Shown piece by piece: positions 13,701 to 26,053 of a stretch of 64,000 nucleotides of DNA. This stretch comes from Amoebophrya sp. A120 (taxonomy: Eukaryota > Protista > Dinoflagellata). The stretch is taken from positions 1,015,982 to 1,079,981 of the forward strand of contig CAJINV010000011.1 of NCBI GenBank assembly GCA_905178155.1, read 5' to 3'. Position 1 is the first letter of the stretch. Each line of letters opens with the position of its first letter. A program made the position numbers and the translations under genes. A model generated the notes under the pieces. It did no database searches and was not told the origin of the DNA. It saw nothing but the letters and a program-made list of their open reading frames with translations.

Positions 13701-16700
13701 CTGCTAGAAGTACTGGATCACCGACCAAAAGCGCTAAGAACAATGCCAGTACCTCCGATATCAAACAGGATGACAAAGTGAACACAGTGCCGTCCTACTC
13801 GTCTCCAACGGCTGCTGCATCAACAGGGACAACAACTTCCTCCACGAACGGCACAGAAGCCGTTCATCTTACCGAGCCACTCAGCACGACCGCGATCACA
13901 TCTTCTACTGCTTCAAGTGAATTAGCTGTAGCTACGGACAATGTTGTCTACAAAGTAGAACATCTAGAAGTTATTCCGCAAGACCTTCCCCCCGAGCTCC
14001 CGGAACCGTTGCTCCCCGCGAGCGTTCTCTCGCAGGCGAGCAGTAGCACCTCTACGTCGACGTCCACGACATCGCACAGGTTCGACTCCGTCGAGGATGA
14101 GGAACTGGATAAGTTGATAGCGGATGAGAAAATCCTCCACTTACCCCCCACGGAAGACGATGTGGAGAAAAAACATGAGGAAAACCTGCAACAAGCCGAA
14201 CAGTATATCATGGACGTGATGAATAAAGAACAGGATAGTGCAGCGACTAATGGAATTCCAACTTCCGAAACGACATCCTCCACTCTGATGACAGTGGCTG
14301 GCGAAGAGGCGCTTCTGGGTGATGGTGATCAAGATCAAGTTCATGATCATCCTGAAATGATCAGTACAACTTCTAATTCCTTCATTTCCTCTCCACCACC
14401 ACACTTGGAACTAGATCAGCAACTGGTCGAGCCGGAGACGGACTCGGACTTCAACGCACCCCCGGTCGACTATGGCGTTCTGAAACGTTACATTCGCAAC
14501 TGCTACATGATTTGTCATGCAAAATGACCATGAGCCGCCAGACGATCAAGCTGCTTCGCATGACAGATTATCCAAGGGCCAAACAGCATCTAAATCTGTG
14601 CGAAATTTGTGATGCAAGATTTGCAAGCTTGCCGCTTTCCCTATTGCTCAACTGTTAAACAGTTGAGCATGTAACATTTGAGAACTCCATATTGACATCA
14701 CGCGAGACGAGGTCCGGCAGTTGCACGGGAACGAACAGATCATGAAGCTGAAATCGAGAGGAAATGATATGGAGCCGGAGCTGAAAAATCTGGAGCTCGA
14801 CGAATTGGAGGCGTTGTCGGCCATTCTTCGCGACGAAATGGAGCGCAGGGAGAAACTGAAAAAAGGAGAGCCTGTCGCGCCAAAAGAAAGTAAGGGCAAA
14901 ACAACGAATTCTGCGCGGTCAGGAAGACAAGATTCTATCGCAGCGAGGACGAGGCAAGAAGCAGCTGCGCGAACCGATTCTGCGAATTCCGCGAAACTGC
15001 ACGAGACCGAGTTGAAAATTCGGGCGAAAAAAATGAGGAGGACCTACGAACAACAGCTGGAATTGGAGCGGAGAGTGGTGCTGGACCAGCTGAAACGGGC
15101 GAGAAGCGAGGCAAAAAAACAGGCCGGGGAGGAGAAATCGAAATGGCAAGACGAGTACCTGAAGAAGAGAAAAGAGCTGCTTGCGCGAGGGGACATTCCT
15201 ATTCTGGGGATTGAGGAAGATGACGCACTGAATCAGGTCATTTTGAACAGTACAGAGGAAGACGTTGAAGCCCTTGTTGCCAAAGCCCTGCTGGGAAAGA
15301 CGGCAACATCTACATCTTCAAGCGTCGGACAGAAAAACGCGAGTGCTGCTGCACCTGCTGGTGCTACAGCTGGTAGCTCTTTGACCACTACTCCAGGCTC
15401 TGCTTCTGTTTCCGTTTCCTCGTCAAGTAATATGTTCGGAGCTGATGTCCCCGAAGTAGTTGCGCCGCAGGGAAACAGTGGTCCTCCACCTGCCGCAATT
15501 AGTACCCAGCAACCTTCCACGTCACTCCCGACGCTCGGCAACGTTGTTCCAGTGGCCCATTCCATCGATGTACCTCCTGCACCGTCCTCTGTGGAGGGGC
15601 TCTCGCATTTGGAATTGGAAAAGTTCTACGACGCGATCGAGGTGAACAAGCTGCTCACCGTGGTCCGCAAGCACTCGCAGAAGCAGTCGGATTATCTGAT
15701 GGAGACCATGTATCAGCTCGGCTCTAATCGCGTTTTGATTAACGATCGAGAACGCTTTACCTTCGCGCGGATGCACAATTTGGTGCAGGAATTCGAAAGA
15801 CGGGTATTGTACAACGCGACGGAGTACCCCCCGGAGCAAATGCTAGGCGCGGAGGAAGATCAAGATGGAAGTAAAACAGCGACGAATTATGCTGGTCGAG
15901 GGAGCACTGTTTCCGGTTCTACTTCTTCTACTGCCGCACCACCAGGAGGACAGCAACCTAGCTCTATGGCCTCCATCGACGCGGACGTGCGGTATCAGCA
16001 CCTCCAAGCCATCGACGCCCGACAAACGCGGGGTTTGGGGGCGAAAGAAGCCGCGTTGATTGGGGGCGAGATGGGATCGTTTCTGAAGGATTTAGAAACG
16101 AAATCCATGGAGGACTACGATTTAGTCAACGATACGGAAGAATTGGTGATGCTGCCGGATCCGAATCCGAGGGACGAAAACCGGATGCAGAAAAAGTGGG
16201 AGAAGGAACTGCTCGGAGGAAAAGTCTTTCGAACAAAGCATCCGAAAAAAAGTAGTTTCAAGGAACTCTGTGCGGATTTTTTGCCGATAGAACAAAAGAA
16301 AGAAAGAGAAACTGAAACTCAAACAACTTCTACTGAGCTAGAAGGAATGAATAAAAAAGGAGCAGGAGCAGGACATCAGGACGAGGACAATTTGTTCGTC
16401 TACCGCGAAGAAGGTGCAGAAGTAGATCGAAACGCAAGTACAACCTCCACTACGTGGACCAAAACAAAGCCGCCGCTGTCCGACGTGGGGATCGCGCTTC
16501 TGACGCTAGACGCGGTCGCGCAGGAAGTCCTGCCCAGTATCGAGAAGGCGAAGCCCGCGCCCGCGAACCAGACGAAACCGCCGAAGGAAAAATATTACGA
16601 CAAAAATCATTTTCACTTCAACCACACGACGCAACAGCTGCACATGAAGAGGGTAGGTATAAAACCGAATCGAAAACCTTATACGAACAACACGAAAGCG

Positions 16701-19700
16701 GCCATCGCGGGGCTGTTTCAAACCCAAATAGCGTATGCCACGCGGGACAAAGCGGTGACGTGGCGGACGAAATTGTGGAGGAAGCAAAGGTGTTACTACA
16801 AAATTCTTTTCCCGCAGTCGGCTTATCGGTTTAAAGTGTTGAAGCGGGACGAAAACGCGCCGCGGATCCAGTTTAGAGATAAGGTCGAGGAGTGGAATAA
16901 GGGTTTACCTACCTCGAAAGCGCCGAAGAAGCCGGTTTTGTCGTTATGGGAAAACTTACAGTGGAACAATCACTGGCTTTTAGCCGAGGAAAAAAGGTCT
17001 TTAACTGATTTATCAGACACGAACCAACAGCTGAGTTCGACGCTGAAGGAGGAAACGATCATTACCGATCTATCACTTCTATTCGCTCGAAGACGGTGGC
17101 GCGCGCGCGTCGCGCAGCGTTTGAACGACGATCAACAGATGCTGAATACCATCCGCATGTTCGGTTTCAATGGGGAGCGGATTTTTATCAGCCAGAACGG
17201 AATTCTCCACGGCGGCGCACTGCACCGCTCGTGTGGCAAAGCGAACGAACACGGGTTGAAAGCGTTTCTGTCCGACGCGCCGTTGACTTCAGATCTGAAA
17301 GCGGATGGGGGCTACACGTCGACTAGTTTGGTCTTGGCCCAGTCGGGGCTGCCACTGGACATGACGAACCAGGTGAATAGTCTGACCGCGCCACCCAGGC
17401 TTCAGTCCCAGCCGCTGCACTTGCCGTTTCTACACGGAGTGAACAACAGTGAAAACGCCCGGCTCGTCGTCAAGTACGAAGCCGCGACCATGGATAACAA
17501 GGGCGACTTCAAGTGGAACAGCACGCGCGAAACCGAGCTGTTGCAAGCGCGGGCGTTGTGGCCGAGCGGGAGAAGTAGCAGGGTAGAAAATAGCGACGGA
17601 ACAACACCTCCGAAAAGGAGTACTACGAAGAAGCACCCGAGACCTTCGCATGTCTATGCCAACGCGATTCGGGATATTGCACAGCCGACTTCCCCGACGC
17701 GCACCGGTGTGTCCGGAACTACGGTCGACTCTACGTCTGCATCTTCTTCCCGCGACGGCCGGAACACACACGACAAAAGTGAGCTGCCGGACCACTGGAC
17801 CTCCAAGCAGATCTGGACCTGGAACGGCGGGAGTCCGTTTGGCTCATTGGTAAAGTTCCGCTCGAACTACCGGCCGCCGCATGGGGACAGCATCTGGCAG
17901 AAATCGTTTGTGAGATTACGAGACGCGTTGTACGTGCGGCACAGCAATGGCAAGGACTTCGCGTTGCGAGACGTGCAGCAACTGGCCTACGAATTCAGCT
18001 ACCTGGACGAGCCGTCGCAACACCGGGTGCGCACGGCGGTCGTGTCATCTTCTCTGGCCTCCCGGGTGGTCTTCGACGCGTTTGCGGTCTATGTTCAGAG
18101 GTGGAACGAGATCACGAAGGAATCCTTCATCATGAAGCAGAAAGCGGCGGAAAAGCGGCGCGCAGCCACGACTACGTTTCACCAGGAATGCTTAGAGGAG
18201 GGTCGGAAACTGGTCCAGGAAGGTAGAAGCGGACAGAAAGAAGAAGCACCAGGGCCAGGCGGGAGTGCAGGAGCAGCTTCGGAAAGTACCGAGAAAGTCG
18301 AGGTAAGCGTAAAGCCACCGCCTGATGTTGAAAATAGAAGTGCTGCTGCTATAGCTGAACAGGGAGTTTCTGGTGAACAAGAAGATCAAAACGTCGCTGC
18401 CGGTGCAGCAGCTCCAGGAAAATCTGCAACAGCAACTTCTACACAAGACATAGGAGCCGCAAAGAAGGAGCTGCATCCTTCGTCAAGTGCAAGTCGAACA
18501 ATTACAACGCTCTCCGCCACCACAACTAAAAAGCCGCAATCCACCCGAGAAATTCTTCTAGCCACGATTGAGTACTACGAGCAAAAGGCGGACTCGCTCC
18601 CCACGACCGGTAGCTCGACGCTGGATTCAGAGAGGAAACAAAACATGCTGAAAACGGAATCGCTCTGCCGCAAACTGACGCAGATCAAAATGGAGAAGAT
18701 GATGCGGTCGGCCGAGAACGTGCAGGCGTGGCAGAACCGGAAACGAGAATTGGAAACGGGCCGACTCAGCTCCATTTTGCGGGGTCTCGTGTATTTCGAG
18801 AAAATCACGGCCGGAATGGACCGGATGACCAAGCCGCTCATCTGGCCCCAGCGCTTCCCGTTAGCCCATGATGGATTCCCCGAGCTCGAACGGTCGCAGC
18901 AGGCGGTGTCTTTATCGGGGGATAGCCGGTTCGAGCTAGAATCGAGTTACATCCGCGTTTCCCCCGATTTCGACCGGTTCATCCCCACTTTTTTCATGAA
19001 AAAAACCACGATGGCGGACCACGCGCAGAGTAAGTTACTGGAAAGCACGACGCATTGGAAGCCGGAGATGGCCCGGTCGACGGTCTTCTTCCTGCAGGAC
19101 CGGAGGGCGGAGCTCCCGATCTTGTTTGCCAACCACACCGATCAATATCGGGAAAAGATTCTCGCAGCGTCTCTTTTGAAGAAGCCAAATTGGATCGTGG
19201 AAGATGAAAGTTTTTGGCTCCAGGTGGAAAAGCAAATGCAGGGACGGGGAAAGCCGTGGCGGTCGGAGGCACAGAAGCTGGCGATGAAAAGGAACGCGGA
19301 GAGGTTAGCAAAAAAGAAGGCCAGAAGTCCTCCTGTTGATGACGATGACGACTTATCAAATGGAATTAATGCGGTGGCGATCTGGAGGAAAATCGCAACA
19401 TTTTTCATGCTTGTCTGACATGACTTTCAGTTTCAACTCTGTATATGCATGAGCATGAGCGCGCACCAACAGTAGTACAGATCCTTTTGGTCTTGTCTGT
19501 CATGCAAAAACGCATTTCGTCGTGCAGAATGCTCAGCACACGGCACCTAAAAAAGTTGTCTGCAGGACCACTCCTGCGTCTTGCTAAGTAATATTGCAGT
19601 GCGCCAATTATGTTCGCAATCACAGACCAGCATTACAAGTTTCCAGACCCAGCAGTAGACCACATATCTGCATTTGATACAAGGACTTTGATGATTGGGA

Positions 19701-22700
19701 TGTCGAGACCTATACGCGGTTGCGGATTCTGAAGGGAAAAGCGGAATTAATGCGGGTGGAAGCCATGGTTGCGAGAAACCCGTTTGATGCTCGAAATGAT
19801 CACCTTGCTCTGGATAGGCAAAAAAGAACCTCCCTGAGGACTCTTACCGAGCTGCAAGCACCCCTGACGGAAAACGAGCTGGACGGTTTGGGACGCTGCG
19901 GTATACGCATAGACGGCGATAAGAAAGAACAGCCGAAAGAAGTAGAGCTCCAAGTAGAACCTCCCAGCAGTGTAAATCTACATTACAAAAACCAGACGAT
20001 GGTAGAAAAAATGCAGCGGAAAATTCTTTCCCGCATGATGCTTTTGCAAGCCGCGCTGAAGGACCGCGAGGCGTGGGGGTCCATCGACCTACCAACGGTG
20101 GAAGAGTTGTCGCACTTTTCGAAAATTCACAACGGCGTTGCGGGGCTCAGTAAAATGTTTGGAACCACGGGGTACGCGGTGGGGAAGAGCGCGGAGTTGG
20201 TCGGGGAGCAGCTGTTGCTCCGGGTGGAAAAGGAGAGAATCGAACGGGAACGGGTTCAGGAATTAACCGCGATTTTCCGGAAGAATTACGCACCTGCCAG
20301 TCATGCTGCTGCTTTAGCCGAGGAAGACGAAGAGGAGGACGACAGAATTTCCCTGCCGTCGAACAGAGAGGAGGTCGTGTCAAGGTTAGCTGCATTGACG
20401 AAGAACGGTGCTCAAGTACTCGGCGAGGGGCAGGGGGGTGAGGATTATTCTGAAGATGAAGTACCCAACAGCAGCAGCGGTGATCAAGATCACGCAAGTA
20501 TTAGTGAAATAGAAGTACAACTAGGGAAGCTGAAGAACGCAACGGCTCGTACAGCGGCACAACTAAATGAGATTGCTAGGACTACTACATCTTCAGCAGA
20601 GCCGGACAATCTTCTTCATCCTCCAAACGGAAGTGAAACGACTTCTGACGTAGAAGATCCCTTGACAACATCAACGACACCAAAGCCCAAGGTCGTCGAG
20701 AAGGTCCTGCGGGGAGACGCTGCAAAGCGGGAAGTGATCAGGAGGATAGTGGAGAAGAACGAAGTTGCAGGGCAGGAGGAGCCGAGTGAAGATCTAGTCA
20801 CATCTCCAGAAGGAGTAGGAGGAGACGAAGCAAGTAGTACTGAGAAAGCAGCTTCATCGCATGGTAGTGATAGTGATGCTGCCTCTGCTGAAGGAACAAC
20901 CTCCACGGGAAGAACTTCTGAGTCTGAGACAGCAACCGGAACAACTCCGGGCAACAGCGAGGAGCAGGGGCAGGATAACGATAGCGGTAACGCTCAAGGA
21001 ACCTCCACATCAAGCGACAAGGAGCACAGCGGCCTCGCCGAGTCCTCCTCCTCCGCTGCAGCATCTTCCACGGAGCAGCACCCGCAGGAGGAAAATAAGG
21101 CCCCAAATGATCACGATTTTCACGACGAAGATGAGGAAGATGATCATGTTTACCGCGGCGCACCGCAAACGTCGACGTCCAGTACAACTTCTAACGATGC
21201 TCATGCTCCAACCACGCCACACGGGGACGAGCTGCCGGCGAAACAAGAGGGAGCGGCTTCACCAGCAAGCACCGGCCCTCCGCCCGGTGACGCGACGAGG
21301 GAGACCACCGAGGAGGAGGAAGCTGCTAAAGACATAAACAGGAAGTTGAGCAACGACGGAGGGCAGAGTAGTAGAGATGACGGAGGCGGAGCACAACAAA
21401 ATAAAGACCACGCACCGTCACAAGAGCAGCAGCAACAGCAAACGCAAACCGCGGGCACTCCCGATTCAGATGATGTTCTTGAGAAGCCGCAGACAGGAGC
21501 TCCTGCATCAACACAAGATGGTGGCACAGAAGCAGATGATAGTCGTGGGGGACCAGCAACAGCAGGGACACCACAACAACCACAAGAATCGGAAGACATG
21601 AACACCGTGGCGGAACAGCAATCTCCTCAGCGGCAGGAACAAAAGCAACCTGCAGCCCCAGAGCAGCACGAGAACGAGGAGCCTAATAATAAAGACAAAC
21701 CCCCGGCGCCTGCCCCGCCTCGTCCGCAGCAAGAAACGACCGCCAAATCAAGCACGACAACCGTCAAGCCTTTACAACCCGCCCCACCGAAGCATCAAGA
21801 TCATGCGCAGCCACCCCGGCTCTCGACCACCAGTCCCCAATCCAGACACGCCAAAATCCGCAACGGTTCGCTCCTTCCCTGGGAGGCGCCGGAGGGGTAT
21901 CAGGTCCAGGAACGAGAACGGGAAAAACGGAAATCCATATCAAATGTAAAAATGTCTGGGTCTGGAAGATTGCCAGGTTTGTCATGCACATTTTGCATGA
22001 CTCCTGATGTCTGTGATGCATGCCCTAGCATCACAGATTTTGTGAGGGCTTCCTGATGCCTATACCGCATGACAAATCCTCTTTCCGTGTAGCAGAACTT
22101 GGACACTCTTTGCTGCTCATGCAGTACAGATTTTTTTAGAATCCAAAATCAGCATGACAAGTTGGATTCTTCCAGACCCAGACATTTTTACATTTGATAA
22201 TCCAGCGGCAAAGACGACCCGACCATCCACGATCCTTACAAACCCTTGAAAGCCAAGCCGGGAGAGGTTCCGCACTACATATTGTGAGGAAAAATAACCC
22301 CACACCAGAGTCAAGATGGAAAATCTGCTACACAAATGAATCAGCTCTGGTTGTTTCGCATGACAGGTCTGTCATCGTAGTGTAGTCCTGTTTAGCTAGT
22401 TCCGAAGCGTCACAGATCTAGACTATCATGCTGATTCTAGCATCACAAGTTCCAAAACACGATTAGAGAATGGCTCTCATGGTGCGTCGCATGAGAAACT
22501 TCTTTTGGCATGCAGATTTGCATCACAACTCTGGGGTCGGGACTTTTTTACTCAGAATACTACACGGACGATACGTACACGACGGGGGTTTATCAAATGC
22601 AAATATGTGTGGGTCTGGAACGCTGGAACTTGTCACGCTTATTCTGGATAGTGCAAAAATCTGTGTTGCGTGATTACCAAAAGCTGCCCACTTTTGACCA

Positions 22701-25700
22701 AGTTGAGAGGAATTTTCTCATACAGGCGAGGCATGATAGGGGTCGCGCAGAATCTGTCATGCTAGATCATGTATGGCAGACCTCATGTGTCTTGGAAAAC
22801 CTGCATGACAAGTTCGCATCCTTGTTCCAGACCCAGACATATTTGCAATGCATAGGGTGCCGCCCGTCCGGCCCCCGCCGGTCGATTCCCTGCCCGAAGA
22901 GTTCGATGACAACTTTTTTCGAGATTGGGACCAGGGCATTCTGCCGCGGAAATGGCCGACGGACGACTTCTATGAGGACGAGAAGGAACAAGCGAGGCAG
23001 TGGGCGGAGGAGGGGTTGGTGGTGGAGGAGCAGGTCTTAACGTTCCCGGTTTCCACGCAGCGAACGATCAAGGAGGAATCGCTTTTCAAGAAAACCATGA
23101 AGATACAAGCAGTGTCTTCCTCAAAAAATTCGACCGAAACCACGACCACCACAGCATTGTTCACGTCAAATGCACTGAGGCACCACCCAATTATGATGAC
23201 GCCCCCATTACCGCCGGTGAACACGAAAGAATTCGTGATCATCGAGCCGTCCATCGAAAACGCGCACTTGATCTTCAGCAACGACAGCTACGTGAACCAA
23301 GCGCACCGAGCCCCGCAGCAGTACCCGGCGCACTACCGGAAAAAACTGGTGATGGAAACGCAAGTGTCCAAGATTGCGACGTTTATGGCGAATGTGTCCG
23401 AGTCTATAGTCCACCAACCCAGCAAAATGTTCTGGTGCAAGAAACAGAAGTCGTACGTGTTGGTTTTGACGGTGCAGAAGCTGCACCAGTTCCGAGTGGG
23501 CGTGCCGTTATCCTGTGCAAAAGCATCGTACTCGTACTATCTATCGCAGTCGAGCATGACAAAACTGGTTTCCAACCAGAAGCAGCATGAGAAATTCCTA
23601 TTTTCTTCTTGGGAAAGTTTGTCATGCGATCTGTACTAGAAGTACGATGCTTTTGCAATGCATAGCCGTACAAAAAGATCAACTCCGAAACTTTGCGGTT
23701 CATTGGTCTCGACCGCGACCTGGCCTGCTGGGCGTCGGTTTCGAGGAAAGGTACAAATGAAAAATTTGTGACGCAATTCTTCTTCTCGAGCAAGGGCGGA
23801 CGCGGATGTGTTAAAGTAAAAGTAAATGTATTTGTTGTATACGTTGGTCAACTTCTACATGTTTCACCATGACTGTGACATCAAAAAGGAACAATTCTTC
23901 GCAATCTCAGACTCCATCCCCCCAGACGAATTCGATCCAGAGACCAACAAAACCTTCACACCAAAAGTGGATTTCGACAATCTCAGGGAGCCCTACCCGT
24001 CCTGGGTGAGCCGGTCTTTAACGTGTCACGCGGAGCACAACTCCCTAAGGTTGCCGGATAACGAAGTGCGCCGGATCGAGATCGGCTGGAGAAGGAAGCT
24101 CTTCTACTACAAGAAAGAGGTGGAGAGGTAATTTTCAACCAAGTTTATATGTTCGTGGCGTCGCTATGCCTATGGAAGTACTTAACATCAATCTACTCGT
24201 CTTTGTTTTGTTGAAGTGGAAGATGCACGGGACACTTCATTCCTTCTTCCACTGCTACTCTCTTCAGGTACCGCCGCACCGAAATGGTTCGTCTGTGGCG
24301 GATGCAATGGTACTTGTGGTTGCAGATGCGCAGCAACCAGGAACACCAAGCTTTAAAAGAACAGATGGACAAGGAAAACGGCGTAACCTCTCCCCCCGCC
24401 TCCGGCGAAACCCCGATGCCCACAACGACCCCCGCGCCGGCCTCGGCCGCGGCGCTGCGGAGTAAGAAACTCAAGGAGAAACAGCAGTTTTTGGTGCTCG
24501 GCACGCCCGATCTAGTCCCGACGGATCAACTGGTGCGGCACCCGAAGAGCCAGTCCGCACTCGTTACGAAAACTACCAGCACAAGTGCGACGACCAGCAA
24601 CTTTTATTCCAGTACTATGATGGATTCGCTTTCCAGCTACATTCCCTGGTCGGTGTTGCACTCCATGGGGTGGAAGAGTCTTTGGCAGGTCCAATCCGCT
24701 TTATGAATTGCAAATGTGTCTGGGTCTGGAAGATTCTGAGACTTGTCATGCACGTTTTGCATGAGCCGTGAGGTCTGGAATGCGAGACCTAGCATGACAG
24801 ATTCTTTGAGGTCTCTATCATGCCTTTCCTGCATGAGAAACTCCCTCTCAATTCGGTCAAAAGCGGACAGCTTTTGGTTCTCACGCAGCACAGATTTTTG
24901 CATCATTCACATTTAGCATGACGAGTTTCAATCTTCCAGACCCAGACATATTTGTATTTGATACGCCTTAGGCGTGTACAACTACTACCACTTGTCCCCC
25001 GGCGGGTCGGACCGCAGTCGCGTGCAGCGCGCGTGGAAGTTTTCGAACCAAGCGCACCGGACGAAGCTGCGGCAGCAGTCCCTGCACTACCTGACCCAGC
25101 GGAAACTCGCGCCGGATGTCAGGAGTTACTACGAGAATTCGCGAAGCTATAACCCGAGAAACGGGATTTCCATCGCATTACAGAATCAGAAGCAGACTGC
25201 TAACGAAGACTTACTGCTGGACACCTTCGCCGCCACGGACATTACCGGGAAAACGATCACCCCGTCGGCCGCCACAAATGCGGATGACGAGCTTCTCGAC
25301 GGCACTGCCAGTGGTACACCTTCCAGTGCAACAAAGAGCGCTACTTCGGGATTTGGGGGGCTGCAGAGTAATTTCCAAAATCTGGTTCGATACGCGTTGA
25401 CGTTATCGCAAACCTTCTACTGGAAGCAGATTTTCGTCGAATACGTGACTGAAGACAACAAAGTGTTGAAGACCGTGAAAGCAGACGCGGAGAAAAAAGC
25501 GCTGAAGGATAGTGAGAGTGAGAAGGAACAAGGGCACGGGATTTTGAAAAAAATGGCCAAAATCTCGTCCGGTAAAGGTTCTTCGACAAGTGCATCTTCC
25601 GGGGATCATGGTGAACAAACAGCGACCAACAGCGAAGGTCAAGAAGATCAAACCGCCAAGAGAAAAGACGGCAAATTCACCGAAAACGAAAAGGATTTCC

Positions 25701-26053
25701 TGACCGGCATCCTCCCCGAGAAAAAGGACGGGTCAAATATTTCAAATCGCTTGCTCGGCGCATACAAGCCCGATGGAGTGCGGACCTTCGACGTGAACAA
25801 CAATAACGAGCGGAAAAAGTCGACCGCCATGAAGGTGACGATGGGAGAGGGGAATCGAGATTTGGAAGAAGATTTACTCAATATCCAGGCCTACGTCTCC
25901 GGCCCCGCCGTCGCGTCCAAAGATTGGACCTGGCTGGAAAACGTGTGGCGACCCAGCGGCGCGCAGCCGAAGCCGGGTTTCGGAGCAGAATACTCGGCGT
26001 TCCCGGGTGGAGGACCAGGAATCGGGAGAAGAACAATTTATACGAGCGAATGA
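1771..26053 (+). CDS. Giant (~6,577 aa) hypothetical protein with one N-terminal transmembrane helix; 18 exons
   Basis: Hand-spliced exons 1771-3638, 3771-3882, 4053-4085, 4354-5935, 6206-6270, 6439-7830, 8878-11378, 11543-13306, 13531-14466, 14693-19349, 19681-21933, 22201-22275, 22561-22586, 22856-23504, 23666-23750, 23911-24127, 24268-24697, 24965-26053 sum to 19,734 nt with no internal stop. Hydrophobic IALSIGGVVLAVMILVIIM near the N-terminus; S/T/G/E low-complexity linkers; no domain recognised. Introner junctions are ambiguous within 5 nt; donor 23751 vs 23808 and the 7830/8878 junction are uncertain. Confidence 0.75.
3887..4051. mobile_element. Introner, family B (165 bp)
   Basis: TATGCACTGCAAAAGCATTG...CGATACTTCTGCACAGCATA inverted ends; TSD GGATT/GGATT; removal gives in-frame TWDFLPTD. 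Confidence 0.9.
4090..4352. mobile_element. Introner, family A (263 bp), with canonical GT-AG borders (4086-4353)
   Basis: TATCAAGTGTAAAAATGTCTGGGTCTGGAAG TIR; flanks GGTTT/GTTCC (TSD eroded); removing 4086-4353 gives NDEFLDYR. Confidence 0.9.
5940..6204. mobile_element. Introner, family A (265 bp)
   Basis: TATGGATTGCAAATATGTCTG...ATTTGCAATGCATA; TSD TTGCA/TTGCA; restores AALQQSEQ. Confidence 0.9.
6275..6437. mobile_element. Introner, family B (163 bp)
   Basis: TATCCTGTGCAAAAGTATCG...TTTTGTAATGCATA; TSD ATTGC/ACTGC; restores PELPMEHY. Confidence 0.88.
7831..8831. mobile_element. 1-kb foldback-type insertion flanked by a 46-bp exon direct repeat
   Basis: Starts TATCCCACGAAAATAACCCATCC and ends GGATGGGTTATTTT(CG). 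The same motif recurs internally in both orientations (~8238, 8394, 8469, 8575). 7785-7830 is identical to 8832-8877. Confidence 0.85.
11383..11541. mobile_element. Introner, family B (159 bp)
   Basis: TATGAACTGCAAAAGCATCG...CGATGCTTTTGCAATGCATA; TSD GCCTC/GCCTG; restores ILGLRLVP. Confidence 0.9.
13311..13529. mobile_element. Introner, family C (219 bp)
   Basis: TATGACAGTGCGCAACTCCCCCT...GGGGGAGCTGTGCACTGTCATA; TSD GGGAC/GGGAC; restores NWDEKYD. Confidence 0.92.
14471..14691. mobile_element. Introner, family D (221 bp)
   Basis: TATGGCGTTCTGAAACGTTACAT...ATGTAACATTTGAGAACTCCATA; TSD TCGAC/TTGAC; restores PPVDITRD. Confidence 0.9.
19354..19679. mobile_element. Introner, degenerate family A (326 bp)
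   Basis: TATCAAATG...CATTTGATA with a TTCCAGACCCAG remnant; flanks CGACT / C[AAG]GACT; removing 19350-19680 restores DDDDKDFD. Confidence 0.8.
21938..22199. mobile_element. Introner, family A (262 bp)
   Basis: Perfect ~32-bp TIR TATCAAATGTAAAAATGTCTGGGTCTGGAAGA; TSD ATCCA/ATCCA. Confidence 0.95.
22280..22559. mobile_element. Introner, family E (280 bp)
   Basis: TATTGTGAGGAAAAATAACCCC...GGGACTTTTTTACTCAGAATA; TSD CTACA/CTACA; restores PHYTDD. Confidence 0.9.
22591..22854. mobile_element. Introner, family A (264 bp)
   Basis: Family A TIRs; TSD GGGTT/GGGTG; restores TTGVPPVR after a 26-nt micro-exon. Confidence 0.92.
23509..23664. mobile_element. Introner, family B (156 bp)
   Basis: TATCCTGTGCAAAAGCATCGTAC...GTACGATGCTTTTGCAATGCATA; TSD GCCGT/GCCGT. 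Confidence 0.92.
24702..24963. mobile_element. Introner, family A (262 bp)
   Basis: Family A TIRs; TSD CGCTT/CGCCT; restores QSALGVYN. Confidence 0.92.

Noticed and set aside
3649-24706. Stop-codon readthrough or an alternative genetic code to explain the ORF breaks
   Set aside because: Every break coincides with an introner or a GT-AG intron whose removal restores the frame under the standard code.
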